In this document: piece after piece, positions 1-12,784 of the stretch | Layout: each line of letters opens with the position of its first letter | Position numbering within the stretch: position 1 is the first letter of the stretch | From: Octopus vulgaris | Lineage: Eukaryota | Length of the DNA: 64,000 nucleotides | NCBI GenBank assembly: GCA_951406725.2 | Contig: OX597825.1 | Coordinates: 9,734,001-9,798,000, forward strand | Direction of reading: 5' to 3' | Position numbers and translations under genes: made by a program | The notes under the pieces: model-generated | The model's database searches: none | Told to the model about the DNA's origin: nothing | The model's input: the letters and a program-made list of their open reading frames with translations, nothing else

Positions 1-544
1 AAATATCTAAGACATATATCTATGATTTAGCCAGAAAACAAGAAACGTAATTACTTACCAACGTTTCCTGTTGCTTAGATATTCGAATATTTATAGAATT
101 CTTACAGTAGATAATCACAAGAGAAATTCTCGTGGTGAATAGCAAGAAAGCTTGTCTTTTTGTACCCCGTGCCCTTACCATTTCGATGTTTCTGTGGCTA
201 GATTAAATATGTACATTGGTTCTTTGAATGTGAGTATAAGAGTGAGGATGTCTACAGACAATCTCAAGGAATTCTAAGACTTAAGAGGATATTGAAGGAA
301 AATGTTTAAATCTGGTTCTAAAGGATTAAGCGAATAAGGTAAATCCCCACCCACCCTCACCTGCACAAGATGCTGGTTCAGCTAAGGTTGCATTCCCAGA
401 TATTATTGTACTTTATTCATCAAAGTTAGCACTTCTTAACTGGAGTAACAACATGTTTTTGTTTTGTAGAGGGTGTATGTCTCTTCAACACATTCCATCT
501 TTTTTGGCTATGATTTTACAGACAGATGTGCATGCATGAATGTG

Positions 545-582
<38 letters not shown>

Positions 583-682
583 CAAATTAGAGACAAAACC
601 ACTATTATGCAAATCAAACAAAGAAAGACTTAAGCCAATACATAAAATAATTTATATAAATTAAAATTTAACATATGAATAA

Positions 683-730
683 CCACTACGATCGTTTCGT
701 GTCAGCACATCTTAGACATTCTTCAGGTAA
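683..730 (-). ncRNA. Minimal type I hammerhead ribozyme motif (Penelope-type)
   Basis: Minus strand reads UUAC CUGAAGA A-UGUC..GACA-C GAAA CGAUCG UA|GUGG. It has the conserved core, stem II, a palindromic ACGAUCGU stem III and a GUA triplet. Confidence 0.55.
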
Positions 731-766
731 ATTTTCCTTGTAAATTTGGATTTATTCCCTAATATT

Positions 767-810
<44 letters not shown>

Positions 811-824
811 AGAGAGACAGAGAC

Positions 825-873
<49 letters not shown>

Positions 874-1296
874 GATTTATTACACACTTATATCACTTGT
901 CTCCAAAACAAAATGTTTTTTTTTTCTTGAAGAGGTCACCATTCCTAAACCCATTTCAATACAATGGTAAATGACTAAATAAATAAATGAATGGTGAATA
1001 AGAAGGGGATCACCCTCCTCCTCTCTTTCCGTTTCTCTACCCACCAACCTACCTACCTACCTATCTTTCTATCTATCTATCTCCATTGTCATGGAACCTC
1101 ACCCCACCAAAAAATGAAAACAATGTCCTCCCCTTCTAAACAAAACCCAAACCCAAAACAACATTTGTTTTATATAAATAAACAAGCTATTTGTACATTC
1201 ACACAATTCTATTTGACAAGTTCGGGGAAACAAACGCTAATAATAATGAATAAATAAAAAGATTTTTTTCTCCAAAATTCTGGTGACCTTTTTTCT

Positions 1297-1334
<38 letters not shown>

Positions 1335-1448
1335 AATATAGGATAAAAATTTTTCAAAAGAAAATTTATCAATGGCCAGCATATCAAAAAATACCTTTAA
1401 AGGTTAAATTTATAAACAAGGGCAAAAGAAACAAATTTCTATATAAGT

Positions 1449-1482
<34 letters not shown>

Positions 1483-1485
<3 letters not shown>

Positions 1486-1797
1486 TCGGTGACACATAAG
1501 AAAACACCATCCGAGCGTGGCCGTCTGCCAGCCTCGTCTGGCACCTGTGTCGGTGGCACATAAAAAACACCATCCGAGCGTGGCCGTCTGCCAGCCTCGT
1601 CTGGCACCTGTGTCGGTGGCACATAAAATCACCCACTACACTCTCGGAGTGGTTGGCGTTAGGAAGGGCATCCAGCTGTAGAAACACTACCACATCTGAC
1701 TGGCCTGGTGCAGCCTTCGGGCTTCCCAGACCCCAGTTGAACCGTCCAACCCATGCTAGCATGGAAAGCGGACGTTAAACGATGATGATGATGATGA

Positions 1798-1800
<3 letters not shown>
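1483..1800 (+). mobile_element. RTE-type LINE 3' UTR / RTE-derived SINE with (GAT)n tail
   Basis: GGTGGCACATAAAA..CACC modules, the conserved GAGTGGTTGGCGTTAGGAAGGGCATCCAGC block, and an end at CCCATGCTAGCATGGAAAGCGGACGTTAAACGATGATG. Other approximate + copies: 2455-2890, 11630-12120, 23795-24245, 25585-25770, 31870-32202, 33760-33908, 38356-38510, 39950-40320. Approximate - copies: 10215-10630, 32210-32452, 41785-42100, 49253-49680, 57851-58157. Confidence 0.85.
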
Positions 1801-1883
<83 letters not shown>

Positions 1884-1886
1884 GTA

Positions 1887-1932
<46 letters not shown>

Positions 1933-4809
1933 GTAACAAATAGGTTCATGACACTTTTCCACTGACGTAGACTGGATGGTTCAACATGACCTAACACACC
2001 AGCAGGAGATGCTGAGCTCCAGAATCTGCTTTGGCTTGGTGCCTACAACTGGATGTTCTTCCTAGTGTCAACCACCTCAAAGAATGCACTGGGTGCGTCT
2101 TTTTGTTTTTTGTTTTTTTCTCATGGTATCACCACTGATGAAATTAGAAATGTACCCACAAGACAATATCCCCTCAAATGCATGGAGCACGGCATTAATA
2201 GATATGGAAGCATGGGAGACAGACAGGAGCATGTATCTTGCGAACAAGGTGAATCTGTCTATATGATGATACACACACACGCATACACACACATGCACAC
2301 ACATATACACAGCATACACATACATTCACACACACAAACATACACATATATACAGCATACATTCACACAGACACACATATATTCACACACACACATACAT
2401 ACATATATACACAATAGGCTTCTTTCAGTTTCCATCTACCAAATCCACTCACAAAGCAAGTGAAATCACTGTCATGGCTGATGACAGTACCACCTGAATG
2501 GCACCCATGCCAGTGGAACACTAAAGGCACCATTTGAACATGATCGTTGCCAGAGCTGCTGACTGGCTCCCGTACCGGTGGCATGTAAAAGAGCACCATT
2601 CAAGTGTGATTGTTGCCAGTGCTGGCAGACTGGCTCCTGTGCAGGTGGCATGTAAAAAGCACCATTTGAGCATGGCCGATGCCAGTACTGCCTGACCGGC
2701 CCTCATACCGGTGGCACGTAAAAGCAACCACTACACTCTCGGAGTGGTTGGCATTAGGAAGGACATCCAGCTGTAGAAACTTTATCAGATCAGATTGGAG
2801 CCTGGTTCAGCCTTCTGGTTCACCAGCTCTCAGTCAAACCGTCCAACCCATGCCAGCATGGAAAGCAGACATAAAACAATGATGATGATGATATATACAG
2901 ATCTTACTAATCTAGTTATTACCACAGGTACATTGTTTACTGCAGGTGTAGTTCAAATCCTGCAAGTGATAATACACTATTTAGCAAGACACCGGTAGAG
3001 CTGTGTGGCTTAAGAAGTTCACTGTGCAGCTCCATACTTTTGGATTTATTGTATTAACTTACTCATTAGAGATTTATTTGTTAATCTAATTAAAGATTAC
3101 ATTTAAATTTTTGTTAAGTTTGTTTTGATATGTATATTTAATGATTTTGTGTTTGTAAATGTTGATTCAGACAAATTAGAAGATATTTTAAAGATGTCTG
3201 TGAGTGGATTTAAGTGTTAAATTAATTAATGTTGTATCTATTGCAAATGCTGTTTCATGGTTGAACGCTGTTGCTGTGAACCTCTGAAAGTAAGTATTAA
3301 ACTAATTCAAGCTTTTCGTTTATTTAAATGGGAGCATGTTTTTGAACTATCGTTCTTTCAGCATATGTGTATGTATGTATGTGTGTGTGTGTGTGTAGGT
3401 AGTGTGGTGAGAATATTTGATTGCACCAGTATCAGGAAAAGAGTCATCAAGTAATTTTTATAAAGTGACTGGCATTTTGTAGAATATCCAGCCATAGAAA
3501 CCAAGCCAAAGCTGAAATATATGGGCAAAATGTGGTCCTGTAGCCAATGGATTCAGTCATACCATCCAAAACATGCTAGTGGACATAGAATGATATAAAG
3601 CATGATAAATGTGTGTGTGTGTGTGTGTGTGTGCAGAGACATGGACAAACAGTCATAGAGACATGGATATGTGTACAAAGTTGTTACATAAAATAACTTA
3701 ATATAACAAGTCTTTACAGCTGTTTCGATGTATCCTGTGAATAGTGGATATTACATAATACATATTATGCAATTAGATGCAAACATTACAAAACAAAATT
3801 TGCACGAAAGCATACAATGAGACATAACAAATACACATGAGCTATGATGTGTAAGTATCTTCGTTCATTTGTTCAGAGCATCATCTTCAAAAGGATGGGT
3901 AGCAAATGTAGAAGAAAGGAATATTTCCAAGAAATCTATCAACACAAAGAAGGGAATTCTAAACAAAAAAGACCCCTTACTGCCTTTAAAAGAAACGCAG
4001 TCACTTATCAACAATCTCAATATGGTCAGGTGTCTGGCATTGATTGAGAGAGAGGAAGCAGCATACATGAAGAAGGAACGCTATCACTGACAGAAGTGAA
4101 CATTGTATTTATTTATAACAATAACAGCGGAATCTAACAGTGTAAAGAGAGATGCAACAGAAAATGAATGAAGAAATAAAAATTTCTGAACAATGGTGAG
4201 TCTAAAAGAATAGATTAAAAGACAATGAGGAATTACAAATAAACATATGTACAAAAGATGTACGAATATAAAAATGAAAGTGCTGAGCAGAGAGTATATG
4301 CCAACCAGTGTATATGTGAAAGCTAAACGAATGAAGCTATTAGTGTGGGAGTTTCACACACACAGACACACACACATATGTATATTTTATATATGATTGT
4401 TATCTTGTTTTTGTATTTGGTTTGCAAGATTCTTGATGTGAAATTGTGTGTTGGAAAAAATTTTGTGTGTGTTCATGTGTGTTTATGAGGTTCAATCAGT
4501 TCTCTGTATGTGTATGTTCATGTCGGCTTGTGAACATGCAAGTGTTTTATTTGAGTGTATCTTTGCATGTGTGTGTGTGTGTATCTGGTGCTTTTTTATA
4601 ATATGCACATATATGCTTGTGTGTGCATGTGTGTGTGTGTGCATGCATGAACATGTGTCTTCTTCTTTGAGTGTATTCCAGCATGTGTGTAAGTGTATCC
4701 ATGAGTCACTGGAAAGGTTGCGAACAACAACAAAAGAATTTTGATGGACAGACAAATGATTGATTGACTGTTTAATCAACACATTAAGCAAATAATCAAT
4801 TAGTTAGTT

Positions 4810-5208
4810 ACTCTCTCTTTTTACTCTTGCACTTGTTTCAGTCATTTGACTGTGGCCATGCTAGAGCACCACCTTTAGTCGAGCAAATTGACCCCAGGAC
4901 TTATTCTTTGTAAGCCTAGTACTTATTCTATCGGTCTCTTTTGCCAAACTGCTAAGTTACGGGGACGTAAACACACCAGCATCGGTTGTCAAACGATGTT
5001 GGGGGGGGCGGTCGGACAAACACAGACACACATACATATATACAACAGACTTCTTTCAGTTTCTGTCTACCAAATCCACTCACAAAGCTTTGGTTGGGCC
5101 CGAGGCTAAAGTAGAAGACACTTGCCCAAGGTGCTACGCAGTGGGACTGAACTCGGAACCATGTGGTTGATAAGCAAGCTACTTACCACACAGCCACTCC
5201 TACGCCTA
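4810..5208 (-). mobile_element. tRNA-derived SINE (abundant octopus-type family)
   Basis: Head GGAGTGGCTGTGTGGTAAGTAGCTTGCTT..GGTTCCGAGTTCAGTCCCACTGCG and body GTGAGTGGATTTGGTAGAC.GAAACTGAAAGAAG. Other approximate copies: 19250-19626, 33248-33705, 37628-38025, 40660-41200, 58330-58492, 59819-59977, 60010-60352, 62318-62642. Confidence 0.85.
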
Positions 5209-5347
5209 TTTAGACATTTAGTTATTTAGATATTTAACCAATTGGCTAAAGGAGTGGAATTGAACCTCTGTGTGTGTGTGTTATAATTGTTGGTGTTATG
5301 ACACTCCCAAGACACAACAAAAAATTATTTTTATTTTTTCCATTTAC

Positions 5348-5514
5348 CTGAGGATAAGAGAAAACTTGGTTTTCTGTCCTTCTACACAGAGAATGTCAAC
5401 ACGCTGTAAAGCATGGATGATGATCTCCCATATCTGAATGGGCTGTGACTGGAATCGGTCTGCATAAATGGCAACAAAGAATTTCTTCACTTGTGGTGAC
5501 ACACCAGTTGATAC
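5348..5514 (-). CDS. NPHP4: NPHP4 internal exon (167 nt, phase 0/2): VSTGVSPQVKKFFVAIYADRFQSQPIQIWEIIIHALQRVDILCVEGQKTKFSLIL(R)
   Basis: Matches the recalled NPHP4 segment [56 protein letters not shown]. Acceptor atgtttcAG, donor CAG|GTAAAT. Confidence 0.95.
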
Positions 5515-5593
5515 CTGAAACATTGAGGAAATTCATTAATTTACATAATAATAATAATAATAATAATTATTATAATAATTAATAATAATAACG

Positions 5594-5635
<42 letters not shown>

Positions 5636-5664
5636 TAGTAGTACTGGTGGTGGTGGTTGTGGTG

Positions 5665-5706
<42 letters not shown>

Positions 5707-7607
5707 ACAATGGTAAATAGATTAATGTTCCTCGTGTGTTTTCCATTATTTTTGTTTTTCATTTTTCTTGTCTTATTTTGAATTCGAAGAAGACAGACAT
5801 ACCATTGAAACAGTGTTCATTAAACACTATTTCAATCTCTGTTATCTTTTTTTTTATTATATATCACACTTTCATAATCACGTATACACCTTTGTTGTTA
5901 AGTCAATCTTCATAAATTATCAAAGACAAGGAGATTGAGCACGTGATTGATGCTATGTCGCAAGAACTGGAATGTTTTGTTCTAGCAGTTGCCGGAACCA
6001 TCAGGTATTCTAGGGAAAATCATAATATAAATTACAGCTTTTGCAGTTTGGCTCCTTTTCGCGGTTGGCTTGTCAGCCCTGTTAGTTTCACTGAACGCCT
6101 GTTTTAAGCCCGGTCCTGGGCCAGAGAACATTGTTTCGTTCAATTGCAAAGCATAAAGTGAGAAATCGGCTTTTCTATCAGTTAAACAACTCAATCGTTT
6201 TCATGCAAAATCCAAGAGCCATTTATCATTTCTGGATACATGCAGATGCCAACAGATTACACCTGAAGGTCTCAGATCAAATATACCAATGTGTGTGCAT
6301 CGCAGTTTGGTGATTCATTGCTTCAAAAGTTTAAATTGATTGGTGAGAGTATTTCATTTCACAGAATGGATGTTATTATTCAACACTACAGTTCAAAGTT
6401 AGTATTACCAGGTGTGGACATTACACATGAGTTTGAACAGGTATGCTCTTCTGAAAATAGTCTGCTATTCGTGTGATTGTCTGAAGAATTTTGAAGATAA
6501 GGAAATTTCATCATGCAGGTAAAAACAAAAAAAAACCCAGAAAATCCTGAAAAGTTTGAAAGTTTTCTATTCCACTGAGCTAAAGAATGCTGAAATAATT
6601 TGGCTAAAAATATTTAATTTGTCAAAACGTTAAAGTCATTTTTGCTTTTGGGACAAATGTTATGCAAGCAATTTGTCAATGCCAGTTTGAAAATAATAAC
6701 ACATAATTTTCCCCAAATTCCTGTACAAAATACCATTTTTTCACATACCAAATTTCTTGCATAGAGCCTACACCACACACACTGTTTATCCATCACACAC
6801 ATACACAAAGGAAAATAAATAATAGTAATAATCACTTTATTTTCCCAACCAATTTCTTTGGAAATGTCTATATTTATGACAGTTTAACCTTACCTGCATT
6901 ACTAGAACCAACCATGCAGTTAACAACACTCTAGTCAGCACAAACATAATCCCTCCAAGATCAAACAACTAGTCCCCAAATTGGCCCTTATGATTGTAGT
7001 CTTTTTACCCTTGCATATGCATTTGAAGTAGTCATTAGGAACTCTCCAGCAAAGTTTCTATTTGAACAATCCAAACTGTGAACCCATTTTAAATTTTGTC
7101 TTTAGAACAATAAATTTTCTTGCTTCCTGAAAGTTAAGGTTTTTTTTTTCAAATACCAACAAAAACCAAAGACATTTAATTGCTCTCTACTGCCCACCCA
7201 AAACTAGGTTACTCCTAAAAGGAAAATGGCTAAAATTGTCATCCAGCAGTTTTCATGCTTTAAGTGATAAAAATATCAAAAGATGATCCATGTCTAGAAT
7301 TTTTTTCTGATTTGCAAAAGATGAGTTACTACAGGCGTTGTTCATCCTTTTGTTATTCCCAGCTCATTTAGTATTATTGCCATTATTTTTTCTTTGTTCT
7401 TCTCAAACAGTAACTGATTGTGTTTATAACTGAGTTTGTGGTTTAACTCTTAATGTCCTGTAGTGCAGATATCTGCACTTGTCCAGTAAATCTTGAAACT
7501 ACAGTTGAAAAAGTGTTGTTGTTTGGAAGGCAATAATGTACATATGTCTGGGAAGTGAACAGTGTATGAGTCAGATACATGCTTGTGTGTGTATGGAGGG
7601 GAGAAAA

Positions 7608-7950
7608 TCAGGTGTAGTGTTGGCGAATCTCAGGAAGCATGGAAGTTTTGAAGGATGCAGGGCTCCGACAACTAACAACTGATGCCGGCAGTTTGTTCCA
7701 TGCTTCAGCAACTCTTAGCATGAAAACATGTTTCCGAAAGTCATGGGAGCTGTGCTGTTTTCTGATTTTGTAATCATGTCCAAGGGTGTTAGACAGGTGG
7801 AGCTTGAAAAGGTGCTCAGAGTTATTGTTTGTAAAATGGTTGATAATTTTATGGGTGTCTGCCAAGTCAGCTGCCAGATGTCGGAGTTTCAATGTACCCA
7901 TGCCCAGGGAAGTAAGGCATTCAGAATATGGTAAATGCCTGATGGAGTGT
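7608..7950 (-). mobile_element. CR1-clade LINE ORF2 C-terminal fragment
   Basis: Translation LRHLAADLADTHKII...LGHDYKIRKQ...RKHVFMLRVAEAWNKLPASVV..FK fits the CR1/L2 ORF2 C-terminal signature. Confidence 0.8.
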
Positions 7951-8127
7951 ATTCTCTACTTATGTATAAAATTAGTTCTTGAACATTGAATGGCTGAGGT
8001 TCACCAGAATAAAATTGAACTCAAAGGGATTCATATGTAAGAAAAAAAAATGGTTAAGAACTACTGGTTTAAAACGATGTTTAGAGAAACATTTTTCCTA
8101 CTCCGGATAATGGGGTACAGCATTAAA

Positions 8128-8520
8128 TCTCTCTATTATATAAAGCTGAAGTTGTCTGTATATGGCAGGTTTGGTAGCCTTCAACTAACACTATCTCCTC
8201 CGAGACCCTGGGCGCAAGTTGACCAAAATTGATAGTAAGATAGAAGAAGGCTTGCTCTTCATTCCGTAGAAGAAAAAATTCAAATCATACCATGTTAACA
8301 CCAAAAATTATTTACATCAAAAAGGTGCTTTTTTTCTATGAAAATCCCTACTTTTTTACAATATTTTGACTGCTGTGTCACCATTTTTCGGTGTATTTCA
8401 ACCAGAAAAATGTTCACTTAAAGAGAATAACAAGCTACATAATGCAAAATTTTTGCTTTTCAAAAATTCCAATTCTAAAGGGTCAAAACAAACCCGAGCA
8501 ACGTCAGGCGATACTGCTAG
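8128..8520 (+). mobile_element. Non-autonomous Helitron-like element
   Basis: 5' A|TC..TATATAAA, a subterminal CCCGAGCAACGTCAGG hairpin and a 3' CTAG|T end. It shares its 3' end with 46257-46560. Confidence 0.75.
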
Positions 8521-9569
8521 TATTCCAAATAGTTTGGTTGATAAAACAAAAAGAAATTCCATTTAACGATCTTGGAAGAAAATACCTAAATAGAACTCTG
8601 TGAAACAGGACGATTCCCAGTAAAACACAATAAAACATTTCCAACACAGACACACGACTACACATTTGGGACTTGATCAATTAAATACCAGTTCTTCACT
8701 GGTATTTACATGATCAACATGTGTTAGAGGAATTTATATGTACTTCATGAGTACTTGTTAGATATTTTGGTTCAATGTCTGCTACAGTACTGTCTTTGAT
8801 TTTATTAGAGAGACAGTTGCAGGCATCCAGATATTATTGATGTTCTGCAGTATCTAGGTTTATTTCTGGGCTGTTGTGAATATAAACTGGTGATTTATAT
8901 TTTATTTTATATTTTCTTGGCTGTATTCTTTCTATTATTCTCCAGACCCACCACCATAAGTCTCTTATCATTTTTGATGTTGGTCCATTGCTTATTTCTG
9001 TTTTGTTTTTATTCAGTTTTGTGATAAAAATCTCTGATTTGTAGATAAACAATTTATTTTGTTTCTAAAAGTATTAGTAATTTTCATATCTATGTCTCCT
9101 CCGGAAGGAAAGCAGGAAAGGAAGAAAGGCAAAGTTGACAATGCCAGAATTTAACTCAAAATATAAACAGATAGAACGAGAGATTTTTGACTGCTTTTTT
9201 TAAAATTTTTACAGTGTTTGACAACATACTGCAAGACATTTTGTCTGGAGCTCTACAATTTCAGCTAACAACAGCCTACAATGATGATGATAAGGATGGT
9301 GGTGGTGGTGGTGGTGGTTTTGGTGGTTGTTGTTGTTGTTGTTGTTAAGCAACAAGACGGGTAAGGGTGATTAGGTGATGGCCTAGGGGTTAGGGGCGGG
9401 AGATCCCAGACATTGGAAAAAAAAAAACTTTGGTCGGCTTGTAGTCGAGGACTCTTCGTTGACGCCCAACACCACTGGAAGGTGGCCCTCAAAGTCGCTG
9501 GAAATGGAGATCTCCAGGACCAAATTCTTGAATGGCAGTGGTGGTGGTGGTGGTGGTGGTGGAACTGAC

Positions 9570-9732
9570 AGAAGAGGAAGGCCAAGGAAGACATGGGCAG
9601 GAGTGGAGAAAGCTGATTTTAGGGTGCCGAATCGCAGGACAAGAGAATGAAACTAGTGGTGAGACGCTGTATTGGATGGAAACCATCCATTCCATATGAC
9701 CATGGAAAAATAGATGTAAGATGATGCTGATG
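9570..9732 (+). mobile_element. RTE LINE 3' end (decayed)
   Basis: RRGRPRKTWAGVEKAD C-terminal motif, followed by a diverged CCAT..CATGGAAAAATAGATG..GATGATG tail. Confidence 0.7.
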
Positions 9733-12131
9733 TTGAGACAATTCTTGTGGAACATTCCAGAAGCACAATTACAAAGAAAATTACGGACATCCCATCCATG
9801 CCATCATGTAATTAATCCAGTTGCAAAATCGGCATGACCTCTTACATTTCTAATTCCCATCTGTACCATTATTGTCATCCGGTATTGCTAAGTCAGATAC
9901 TAATCAGTATTCTCAGAGAAAATAATGCCAGCCTTACTTTGGGTTATCTTCCTGATAGTCAACCTTAGCCTAGGTTTCCTTAAAATTTTTGTCCAGTTAT
10001 TTTCTAACACTAATGGAGACCCATAGGCATGCCACATGACATTTATGCTGAAACTGGGTGGTTAGATATTCACAGAAAAGTTTTATTAAGGTAACATTTT
10101 ATCCCTGTTTAAATTTTGGTTGCCCTTGTTGTGAAACCTTGCAACCGCCACACAATGTTCCTACTCTAAAACCACAGTAATATTATGCATCACCACATCC
10201 ACCACAATTATTATCATCATCATCATCATCATCATCATCGTTTAACGTCCGCTTTCCATGCTAGCATGGGTTGGACGATTTGACTGAGGGCTGGCGAACC
10301 AGATGGCTGCACCAGGCTCCAATCTTGATCTGGCAGAGTTTTTACAGCTGGATGCTCTTCCTAACACCAACCACTCCGAGAGTGTGGTGGGTGCTTTTAC
10401 GTGCCACCGGCATGGAGGCCAGTCAGGCGGCACTGGCAACCTTGCTCAAATCTTTTTACACATGCCACCGGCACAGGGGCCAGTAAGGCGATGCTGGTAA
10501 CGATCACGCTCAAATGGTGCCCTTTTATGTGCCACCAGCACGGAAACCAGTTAGCCACTCTGGCAACGATCACACTTGGATGGTGTTCTTAGCACCCTAC
10601 TAGCACAGGGCACAAGTGCCACTAAGGTGACATCACTTATTATTTCTTAATTAGAAAAAAAAACAAAAGAGAACCAGAAGAATTTGAGTACAACAGAGTA
10701 CGATACATTATGAAGTGAGGGGGGATATAAGAGAGAGACAAGAGTACAAAAATGAATTTTGAAAAGTAATTGAAGTGCTAGAAACCCTTCATAGAAATAA
10801 TTAATGAGAAACTAAGAACAATAAAAGTAATTGCTTGTTGGCTTATTATCTTTCGTTGTCTTAAAACTGATATCACATCAAAACAGATATTAAAGTAGAA
10901 GTAGTTGATGATTATGATGATGATGATGCTGGAGTTGCAACATCAAACATCTTGGAAAAATAAATATATTCTGGAAAAGAGAAAACAAAAGAAATGATCT
11001 CCTAATCCTAAACGAAATTGAAAATACAAAAGCAATATTAAAAATGAAAAAGCAAAAAGAGGGCAACAGATTGTTCAATAATACAAAATAAACAAAAAAA
11101 AACAAATAAATAAATCCAGAAAGATAAAGGAATCCTTAAGCGAAAGATCCTTTCGTTTTTACTAGGGAGACAGAGATACGAAAATAGCAACACTTTGACA
11201 AACAAAATAAATAGTTAATCTCTAAGTGAGAGATATTATCATGAAGTTAAGTAAAAACAAAAAAATAAGAACAAGGAAATTGCCTACAACAAAAGCGATA
11301 AGAGACTCCTGGTAGTAGATATGGGAATTAATTGAAACAACAGTGTTATGACAATACGAAATAGAATATAATCACCGGTTAAACTTTGAAAGACAACAGG
11401 CAAGGAATAAACCTAAATACTGCAGAGCACCAATAATAACTAAAATCCTACAACTGTCACTGCGATAGAATCAAAGATAGCTGCCAAATTTATGACTAAA
11501 ATAAGTAACAAGAACTCATAATGTACTTATGAAGATGGCTACTAAAATATTACAATGAGCATAAAGAACTGAGTTGTTAAGAAGTACATGTGTAACTATG
11601 TGGTTCCAGATTTGATCTTCCAAATCAAATAGTTATACAGAAACTGGTGCTTCCTGCACCAGTTTCACATAGCCCCACCCCATCCAAAGTACCTTGGATT
11701 GCAGAACGACCTGCTGTGCTTACCTTGGATCGTAGGTGTGACCTGCTGTGCTTGAGGAGACCTATTGAGTTAAGTACATCAACATCAAAATAAAAATCAA
11801 ATGGAAATTGTAGTTGTGATACCTGTGCCGGTGGCACGTAAAAAGCACCATCCGAACGTGGTCGATGCCAGCGCCGCCTTGACTGGCTTCTGTGCCGGTG
11901 GCATATGACCTGCTGTGCTTGAGGAGACCTATTGAGTCAAGTACATCAACATCAAAATAAAAATCAAATGGAAATTGTAGTTATGATACCTGTGCCGGTG
12001 GAACGTAAAAAGCACCATCCGAACGTGGTCAATGCCAGCGCCACCTTGACTGGCTTCTGTGCCGGTGGCATGTAAAAAGCACCAACCGATTGTGGCCGCT
12101 ACCAGCCTCCCCTGGCACCTGTAAAAAGTGA

Positions 12132-12227
<96 letters not shown>

Positions 12228-12429
12228 TTATTATTATTATTATAATCGATCCCATTGTTTAACTGGTACTTATTTTATCAACTTCAAAAAGATGAAAGGT
12301 AAAGTCAGCCTCAGTGGAACTTGAACTCAGAGCATAAAGATGGATGAAATGCCACTCAGCATTTTGCCAGCTCATCTCCATGTTGCTTAAAAGTAATATT
12401 AAGAGGAAGACAATAAAAAGAAGTCCTAC

Positions 12430-12548
12430 CTTAATGAAGATTTCTATTGGCTCACCAGGCTGCTTATCTTCACAATTGCAAATTACATTTGGATCACTGC
12501 ATCGGACAAAGACCTGCTGGGGTTGACCAGTGGCATCTACAGGAACAC
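12430..12548 (-). CDS. NPHP4: NPHP4 internal exon (119 nt, phase 1/0): (G)[39 protein letters not shown]
   Basis: Matches the recalled NPHP4 motif [28 protein letters not shown]. Acceptor gacatttAG, donor AAG|GTAGGA; phases fit both neighbours. Confidence 0.95.
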
Positions 12549-12784
12549 CTAAATGTCAATGAAATGAAATTGAGAAAAAGGTTTCTTCATTGAGAATTCA
12601 CTCTAATGGAAACTGAAACAAACAGTGTTAAATATTCTTATTATTATTATTATTGTTCAGGTCACTGCCTGGAATCGAACTCGGAATCTTGTGGTTTATA
12701 GCCTGCGCTCTTAACCACTATGACTTATGCCCGTACCACCTCACTTTTAATCTAGGATTTACATTTGAACCTTTACAGATGTTG

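Noticed and set aside
59-197. Possible next NPHP4 exon on the minus strand (TAG acceptor, GTAAGT donor, phase-compatible open frame HRNIEMVRARGTKRQAF...)
   Set aside because: It has almost no similarity to the expected GTQTVRKVRAFTSHPQEL segment, whereas the adjacent exons are clearly conserved, and the pyrimidine tract is weak. Only RNA-seq could rescue it.
2908-2959. Exon-like segment on the minus strand with cacttgcAG and GTAAGA
   Set aside because: It has stop codons in all three frames and no homology.
3705-3760. Hammerhead 3' half GAAACAGCUGUA on the minus strand; similar decayed motifs at about 13685-13725, 26010-26040 and 28930-28965
   Set aside because: The core CUGANGA, the GAAA or stem I is missing or broken, so these are probably dead relics.
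5900-6500. Unique-looking region with several short ORFs
   Set aside because: No recognisable protein motif or consistent splice structure.
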